Below, piece by piece: positions 38,910-45,097 of a DNA stretch of 45,097 nt. Position 1 is the stretch's first letter, and each line of letters starts with the position of its first letter. Both the position numbers and the translations under genes were made by a program. This DNA comes from Phycisphaerales bacterium. Its GTDB lineage: Bacteria; Planctomycetota; Phycisphaerae; WQYP01. Where the stretch lies: NCBI GenBank assembly GCA_027451365.1, contig DAIDJN010000025.1:1-45097 (forward strand), given 5' to 3'. The notes beneath the pieces are model-generated. The model ran no database searches, was not told the origin of the DNA, and worked only from the letters and a program-made list of their open reading frames with translations.

Positions 38910-40127
38910 TTAGTGCAACGTCACGACCACCTGAAATGGGGGAACCGACGGGATGACGATGGCCTGCTGCCATTTTTTGCCTTTCAGCCGCATTGTTGCA
39001 CTGTAATGGCCACCCGCCGAAAGCCACAGAACCGATTTGCCGTCAACAGGCAGATCGGCGATTAATCGCCCTTGTCTGCGGAGAATCAGATTGGCCGTCG
39101 TCGGCATATTGTGGGAATTCACCAACCGGACTTTCACCCGGACACGATGGAAATAATCAGATGTCACATCTTCCGCGTAGACGGTGCGGTCTTGAAGATT
39201 CCAGACCATAGGGAACCAGTCGCCATTTTTGCCGGCGTTACGTCTGAAGGTTGCCGCATAAATACGGTGGGCGTAAATGCCATCAATCAGGATATTGCGT
39301 GCCCCGTATGCCAGCGACGCGTTGGCTAAAAACCACGTTTTATCCGGGGGCGAAACCTCTGATGCGCCCAGGATATGCCATTGCCCATCCCAGAATTCCA
39401 CCCAGGTATGATTGCCGGCGTTATTGCCATTGGCATCACCCCGATGAATGGCCCACATCGGTGTACCGACAATGCGAGCGGGCACGCCCACACTGCGGCA
39501 GGCGTCTACCAGCAAAATGGATAATCCGCTGCACGACGCATAATGGGCCGCGATAGATTCAGAAGGGCTTTGATTCGGTTTAGGCCGCTTGTCCGCACTG
39601 TAACGCACATTAAGCAGCGGGAAAACAGCTTTGTTCAGCACCAGAGCGGCCTGGGTAGCCGTTCTGCAATGGGCCACCAGGGGACGGCATAATGCCGCCA
39701 GACGCGTGCGCCAGGATTCGCGGATTTCATCCAAATTTGCGTAAGGAAGCACATATTGAAAAAATATCGCACGCGGGACTTCTTTTCGCCAGGGGGCGGC
39801 CTTCATTGCGGCATACGATTGTGAAACATCATTTGCCAGAAATGCCCCGGTGAGTTTTTGCAGATCCGCCCTGGGCATATTTTCCAAAAGGTATTTCATG
39901 CCGGGCCGCTGGCCGGCGGGCAACATTTCCAGCGCCTTAACCAGGCTGTCGCGATTGGTTCCCGCCGCCTTAAGTGACGCACGTAATGCCGCCTGATGCT
40001 TTAAGGAAATTGCCGCCCCACCCGCTCCAGTATCCGAAGCATTCACTGAGCAGCCGTATATTGCCAAAGCCAGAGGGATGGCCAGAAGCCATGCTGTTGG
40101 CATACGGACGAATGAATATTGACGCAT
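38910..40127 (-). CDS. Transglutaminase-like domain protein, probable lipoprotein
   Basis: GAGG SD, signal ending AIYGC, AGTNR, YLLENMP, YVLPY...E.RESWR, NQSPSES, ASCSGLS (Cys), RSVGVPARIVG, GNHTWVE (His). Confidence 0.88.
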   Translation of the reverse strand: MRQYSFVRMPTAWLLAIPLALAIYGCSVNASDTGAGGAAISLKHQAALRASLKAAGTNRDSLVKALEMLPAGQRPGMKYLLENMPRADLQKLTGAFLANDVSQSYAAMKAAPWRKEVPRAIFFQYVLPYANLDEIRESWRTRLAALCRPLVAHCRTATQAALVLNKAVFPLLNVRYSADKRPKPNQSPSESIAAHYASCSGLSILLVDACRSVGVPARIVGTPMWAIHRGDANGNNAGNHTWVEFWDGQWHILGASEVSPPDKTWFLANASLAYGARNILIDGIYAHRIYAATFRRNAGKNGDWFPMVWNLQDRTVYAEDVTSDYFHRVRVKVRLVNSHNMPTTANLILRRQGRLIADLPVDGKSVLWLSAGGHYSATMRLKGKKWQQAIVIPSVPPFQVVVTLH

Positions 40128-40255
40128 GGTGTAACCTCGTGAATCGGAGCAGGGCGTTTCGACAATTTCGCACAGCAGATAAGTCTGACGGTCGGCAGTA
40201 TATCGCAAGATGGTCTTTACTGAAATTGACTGCACGGTCGGACTGGGGAACAAAC

Positions 40256-41112
40256 CAGGGCAATCGCATGTAGAATCAAGCGAGCAGGGTTTGGAGCAGG
40301 TAGCTGATGCTTCTGCCGCAACGCTTGCGTTTACGTCGGAGGCGCATGGCTTTCGTGCTGTTCTCCTTGTTGTGCTGGTTCATGGCAAACCTGCGTAGCC
40401 GACTGAAGTTTTCCGCCCCATACCCCTTGCGGATTCGGCATTCGTCCTCCCGAAATACCGCGTCCAGTATCCAGTGCAGACCATTTTCCACACCCCAGTG
40501 GCCCCGCACGCATTCGGCCATACGTTTAGCATCGGTGCCCGGCAGGCTGCTGATGTAATAACGCCGTTCGATGGTGGTCCCATCCCCGGGCAAAACTTTG
40601 CCGCAGGATATTGCCGTCCAGGCTTAGCAATTTAACATTGGTTTGCTCATGAAGGGTAGCGGTCCATTCGATTATCACCCGTTCAAGCTCCGAGGGGGTC
40701 AGAAGGGAGAAAATGCGACCGAAGGTATCATGCGAGGGTATTCCGCCGGGAAGTGTGAGCAAATCGCGGAAATCTTTCTGATAATCTTTGCAGAAATCCA
40801 GCACGTCCAGCCAACCCTCTGCGCCGCCAAGAACGGAGCAGACAGCCATGATAATAACTTCCGATAGAATATGAACCCGCTTGTGACGCAGCGAGTCAGT
40901 CACGGTTCCGGCTAAAGACAATAGTTCTCCGAAGGCTCGGTCTTCCATGACAAAGCTCCTGATGCAAGGGTCTGATTGTACAAATACCTTGCGCCGCCGC
41001 GCTGGCGCCAGATACACTCTGGCACAACGCCTATTAACCACATCGTTTTAAAAAGCGAAAATTCGCGAGCGCGAATTATTAGAGGAGCAGGATTCTAAAT
41101 GCGGTTGCCCCG
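40256..41112 (-). mobile_element. Internally deleted ISAs1-family element (857 bp) with both terminal inverted repeats
   Basis: CAGGGCAATCGCATGTAGAATC (40256-40277) versus reverse complement of 41091-41112, CGGGGCAACCGCATTTAGAATC (19/22). No target-site duplication visible. Confidence 0.9.
40276..40948 (-). pseudogene. ISAs1 transposase pseudogene (central deletion, frames out of register)
   Basis: N-part GAEGW...LPGGIPSHDTFGRIF...LSLDGNILRQSF is joined in a different frame to the C-part ERRYYISSL...RGHWGVENGLHWILD..FRED. Confidence 0.9.
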
Positions 41113-41455
41113 AGTCGCTGGCACGGTAAAAGCCCGAGGCAAAACATTATCGCTAACGGAAAAGAAGCCTTGTGCGGTGTCGTGTTTCAAAAACATTATT
41201 GCGTCCTATAAAGGAAATTGCGAACAATACACCACTAAATAGCTATAAATTCGTCATCATTGTGCCATTCACCGGATGTCGCAAAATCAAATGAGAATTA
41301 TTCAATTTTTTTCTTGTAATTGCCGCGTTTCCGTTCTATACTGATGGCAAGACAATGCAGGTCTTCTTTTGATACAGGCACTATCGTGCTGAGGGCCGGG
41401 GGACGTATCAGGTGTGTTGCCTGACAAGTAGCCGGTTGGACACAGGAGTTTTGTG

Positions 41456-42376
41456 ATGGGCATTTTATTTCAGGGCAAGCGACCAGCCGCAGCGGCAATG
41501 ATTGTGGCAGCCATGGCTGCCGCTGGGCTTGGAGCGAGCGCGGCAAATGCGACCGTTCTGTTTACTGACAACTTCAACGCCACGGGTACCACCAACACCA
41601 ATAACCTCAATTTCAATCTATCCGGTCGCGAGGGTGGGACGCTCGGCACCGGTGGCAACATCACTTGGTCAGGAGGCGGCAATACCCAAGTGGGCAATAC
41701 CACGGGCGGCATCAATAATGGTAATTATCTGCTGACCGCCTTCGCCGGAAGTGCTTCGCCGAATGCCAATTTTGTTGGCAGCGAAACGGGGCCCATCACC
41801 ATAAGCTTTGACGAAGCGGTGAATGTCGGCGCATATTCAGATACCACCATTTGGGGATCTATTGTGGTCGGGCTTGATTCCACCCATCAGACTTCCTTTA
41901 TTAATGCGGGCAACGCCAACGACTTTGGCATTCTGTTCCGCAGCAACGGCGGAATACAGGCGTTTCAAGGCGGTAATGTAATTACTGGTGGGACCGCCTT
42001 GCCAAATTGGGACGGTGGCATCGGCACGAGCGACCACACCACTGACATGAACCCAGTCACGCTGGTGATCTCCGGCCAAAATGGAACTGGATCCGGGTTC
42101 ACCGGTAGCGGCACTGAAATCCAGGTGTATGCCGGCAGTACGCCAACTTCGACGCCGTCGCTCATAGCAACCTATTCAACAGCCGCTGGTGGCGGGCTTA
42201 CAAACGCCCTGACTACCAACTACATTAATTTCGGCGCGGTCGGCAACGGCATCGCCGGTACGGAAAATCTCAGCGTTTCGGAGGCCGTCCCGGAACCAGC
42301 CGCGATTGCCACATTGGGCGTTGGCTGTATCGGGCTGCTTTTGGCCCGTCGCCGCAATACCAGAAACGCAATTTAA
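41456..42376 (+). CDS. PEP-CTERM sorting domain protein
   Basis: CAGGAG SD, signal peptide (ANA), G/T/N/S-rich body, C-terminal VPEPAAIATLGVGCIGLLLARRR. Confidence 0.95.
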   Translation: MGILFQGKRPAAAAMIVAAMAAAGLGASAANATVLFTDNFNATGTTNTNNLNFNLSGREGGTLGTGGNITWSGGGNTQVGNTTGGINNGNYLLTAFAGSASPNANFVGSETGPITISFDEAVNVGAYSDTTIWGSIVVGLDSTHQTSFINAGNANDFGILFRSNGGIQAFQGGNVITGGTALPNWDGGIGTSDHTTDMNPVTLVISGQNGTGSGFTGSGTEIQVYAGSTPTSTPSLIATYSTAAGGGLTNALTTNYINFGAVGNGIAGTENLSVSEAVPEPAAIATLGVGCIGLLLARRRNTRNAI

Positions 42377-42389
42377 GCGAGGCTTGACT

Positions 42390-42411
42390 GTACTGGCTCG
42401 CGAGCCAGTAC
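42390..42411. repeat. Perfect 22-bp palindrome
   Basis: GTACTGGCTCG|CGAGCCAGTAC, 13 nt after the PEP-CTERM stop. Confidence 0.9.
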
Positions 42412-42427
42412 TGACTTTGCGCAACCA

Positions 42428-42470
42428 GGGCGGCTGGGGATGTAACAATCTCCGGCCGCCCTTTTTTTTT
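42428..42470 (+). terminator. Rho-independent terminator of the PEP-CTERM gene
   Basis: 14-bp stem GGGCGGCTGGGGAT/ATCTCCGGCCGCCC (two G-U pairs), 6-nt loop, then T9. Confidence 0.92.
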
Positions 42471-42956
42471 CTAACTGATACGGCTTGTCCGGCTTGGGAG
42501 TTAGAAGAATTTGCAGGCGATGCGTGGCCTTCTTTTCCTTGGGGACGGACGCGACGAGCCATTCGCTTGCGACCTTAAACGAACCGTCGCAGCTTCACCT
42601 GCCTTGAACGAACCGGATACCTGCGGGGGGCAATTAACCGTCAGAGGTTATTTGATGGATGAATGTCTATGTATTCGAAACCTAAACATGCAAGTGGAGT
42701 CATAAATGGGGGCTGGATACAGGAACAGTTGCCGTATACCTTGGATATCTGCTCTCAACTCACTCCCGTTCGCTCGTCCTGAGGCGAGCCAGAAGGCGAA
42801 ATCCCGGTGGGGCAGGAGCCGCCAATCGGCATCGATCTGTGATCTGTGGAAAATTGATCACGGCCTTCTGATTTCTGCCTCCCACCTCGCAAATTCGAAC
42901 CCCTGGCATCCAATTTCCCATCCACACGATTGTTCCACGCCCACAATTTCTACGGC

Positions 42957-43865
42957 TCACAACCTCTTCATCAGATCATTTTGTTCCAGCACCTGCATCA
43001 ACTGCAGATACACCGCTGCCGGATGTACAGCCTCCGGCGGCAAAAGTCCCGCCGCCTTGGCGGCGCGAGCCAGACGCAGCAGCACATCTGCAACATCCGA
43101 TTCAGGAATCCCCTTTACCTTCACACCGCGAAAATTGCTTAGCAGACACTGTATTGCCTTGGGGAGGCGCTTATCATCAATGGCACCATTATCCTTCAGG
43201 TACGGCAGTTTCCACGATGTTGTCTTGCGGGCATCGCCCACCCACGCGAAACAACGCGCTGGCAATGTGTATTTGGGGTGCACCAGCACTCCCTCCAACG
43301 GTGGGCCCGGCGATGCAGTGGCCGGTTCATTTTTAATTGGGATTATCGCTTCCAATGAGTCGTCCCCCTCAAACGGACGATAAATTCCATGCGAACTTAT
43401 CCACCACAGCGGCTCCTGCGGCACCGGAACGCCGAGGTTTACCGCCACCCGATGCTTCAGGCCGCCATTCAGGTAATCCGCCGCATAAAAGACGCACCCG
43501 TCCGTCACGGCCAAACGCGTAATGCGCTGGGCATCGGCATATCTTCGGGCCTGCTCCAATGCGGCAGCCAGTGATTGCTGGCCAAGCCGCAGCGTACCGG
43601 GCCTTTTGACTTCAATAACCAGATACTTCTGAAGATTTTTGCTTAACACAATGTCGGCATATTCAATCTGATAAGTCAGGTCACCCTTTTCCCAATCCAA
43701 TACGACGGTCAACAAATCCTCGACGATCGCCTCCGCCACTTTCTCCGATTCTTCACCATGCCTCAGCCGGTCCTGCCGCGTTTGCAGAAACGTCGGCCAC
43801 GCCGCTCGCATGCGCTGAATGCAATTCTGATAGCCCGCAAGTCCTCTATAATCCACCGCAGACAT
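42957..43865 (-). CDS. HsdR_N-like PD-(D/E)XK nuclease fused to a C-terminal WKLP-motif domain
   Basis: GGAGG SD 7 nt before ATG 43865 (302 aa). SEKVAEAIVEDLLTVVLDW, YADIVL, LVIEVKRP, ALEQARRYA, LAVTDG are HsdR_N hallmarks. A Pro-rich linker leads to LPARCFAWVGD...SWKLPY. Confidence 0.8.
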   Translation of the reverse strand: MSAVDYRGLAGYQNCIQRMRAAWPTFLQTRQDRLRHGEESEKVAEAIVEDLLTVVLDWEKGDLTYQIEYADIVLSKNLQKYLVIEVKRPGTLRLGQQSLAAALEQARRYADAQRITRLAVTDGCVFYAADYLNGGLKHRVAVNLGVPVPQEPLWWISSHGIYRPFEGDDSLEAIIPIKNEPATASPGPPLEGVLVHPKYTLPARCFAWVGDARKTTSWKLPYLKDNGAIDDKRLPKAIQCLLSNFRGVKVKGIPESDVADVLLRLARAAKAAGLLPPEAVHPAAVYLQLMQVLEQNDLMKRL

Positions 43866-44210
43866 AGGTGATCCTCCATAGAAATACCGACGACCTTTAT
43901 ATGGGAAAATGGCATTTCTGATAAGGCGAATATCTGCCGGGGCAAGAATCAATACACGCGGCCCCAAGTTATTTCCTAGCTCCGATCAATGTTACCGGCG
44001 GATTTGGTCGCCAGCTATCTTCCGAAGTCCGAGTTCGGGCAATTCAATCTGCCACCATGCATTGCCAGCCCTCGGCCGGCGACGATCTAAGAGATTTCAT
44101 TTCCGAATCCGAAGACCAACATAAATTTCATCCTGCGTGGGTCTTGCAGACAATTGAGACGGATGGCACAACACCACCATTGGCAATATACTTGCCGGCC
44201 AGAGTATAAA

Positions 44211-44345
44211 ATGTCGCAACAGGAAATTACAATTGGAGAGTTGGTCCGCGGTTTCGCCGCAAATATTAAAATATTAAAATCGCCGGAAACCAATGAGGCC
44301 ACGATCCGCCACAATTACATCGACGGCTTCTGGCGAACCTTGGGC
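44211..44345 (+). pseudogene. N-terminal stub of a type IIG (Eco57I-like) restriction-modification enzyme
   Basis: MSQQEITIGELVRGFAANIKILKSPETNEATIRHNYIDGFWRTLG matches the pattern I.ELV..F..N....KS...NE...R..FID.F...LGW. Similarity stops at LG. Confidence 0.65.
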
Positions 44346-44806
44346 AGGCAGTACCGCACCTCCTTGCAAAATTTTCGCTGCAGGTCGCTATCGCCCAACG
44401 CGAGGCCCGCTTCTTGATTGGCAGTCAACCCGTCGTCAGGATACCGGGCGACCCCAGCATTATGGCCGAGAGGCTGTCGCTCTGGCTGCCGATCTAACAA
44501 TGTGGCCGTAAGGCCTAATTTACTTGCATCGGCCGACGACCTGCGGTGGCTCGATAATGGATATGTGCAGGAGATCAACCGGGCCGTGGTCGCGCAAAGC
44601 TTGGGGGTAGCCTCTGAATCGCGCGAGTATCTTCTCCCATGGACTCAACAGAAATAAAACCGTCGAAATTGGGGTTTGGGGAATCCTAGACATAGTAGAA
44701 CTCCCACAGGTAAATCCGTCACCACTCTTGCGACACGGCTGGCGGGCGAGGTGCCCGCCCCCCTGATTAGAGCAGCGGGTTCAGGTGAAAACAGGGAGTT
44801 ACAATG

Positions 44807-44855
44807 GACTAAAGACCACTGATCACTGATCGCTGATCGCTGATCGCTGATCAAT
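44807..44855. repeat. Heptamer tandem repeat (GATCGCT)n
   Basis: gactaaa gaccact gatcact gatcgct gatcgct gatcgct gatcaat. Confidence 0.9.
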
Positions 44856-45097
44856 CATAATCCGGCCTGCGGCTGGCTTTCCGGCGAAATTTGTCCTGGC
44901 ATTATTCATAAAGGTCTGGGTTAAGCCGTTGGCCAAAACCACTTCCGCAACCCTCGCCGGGCCATAGAACTGCCAACTGGCAATCACCGCACTGGTCGCC
45001 TGTTCAATTATCTGGTTTCTGCGATACAGCACATCATAGCTGCTATTCACCAGCCGATTGTTGGGATATTCAAACTGTGTTGCGGGCATGGAGGTGA
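44823..45097 (-). pseudogene. RHS/YD-repeat protein fragment entering from the window edge and truncated
   Basis: FEYPNNRLVNSSYDVLYRRNQI...IASWQFYGPARV...LANG fits the YP.GR....YD.L.R / Y.G..R...NG pattern of RHS repeats. The frame is open to the window edge and stops inside the heptamer repeat. Confidence 0.6.

Noticed and set aside
41119..41133. Possible sigma54 promoter TGGCAC-N5-AAGC upstream of the PEP-CTERM gene
   Set aside because: The -12 element is AAGC rather than TTGC, it is over 300 nt from the start, and it abuts the IS end.
42706..43383. ORFs 42706-43383 (+) and 42760-42960 (-) as partners of the HsdR_N fusion
   Set aside because: One is an antisense shadow. The other overlaps the stop (GTGA) but has no protein-like features or clear SD.

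Overview
Bacterial chromosomal segment. Gene content (PEP-CTERM protein, BatA/vWA/GATase1-like membrane proteins, long RNase HII-like protein, S41 protease) points to Planctomycetota; this is inference. A core/envelope block of about 34 kb (6.2-40.1 kb) holds waaA, acyl-ACP desaturase, polyprenyl synthase, rnhB-like, holA, an MFS transporter, a NuoL/NuoM-like pair, GH39, CtpA, three vWA proteins and two transglutaminase-like proteins. Accessory islands lie on both sides. Left (0-6 kb): an OLD-family ATPase-TOPRIM nuclease and a RloA/RloB module among IS66 and ISAs1 remnants. Right (40-45 kb): an internally deleted ISAs1, a PEP-CTERM gene, an intact HsdR_N-like nuclease fused to a small domain resembling phage head proteins, a restriction-modification gene stub, a heptamer tandem repeat and a truncated RHS gene. 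The two strongest novelty candidates are the stand-alone NuoL/NuoM-like pair that lacks most proton-translocating residues, and the HsdR_N fusion as a candidate single-gene anti-phage system. No rRNA, tRNA or CRISPR array was recognised. All family calls come from motif recognition by eye; no database search was run.
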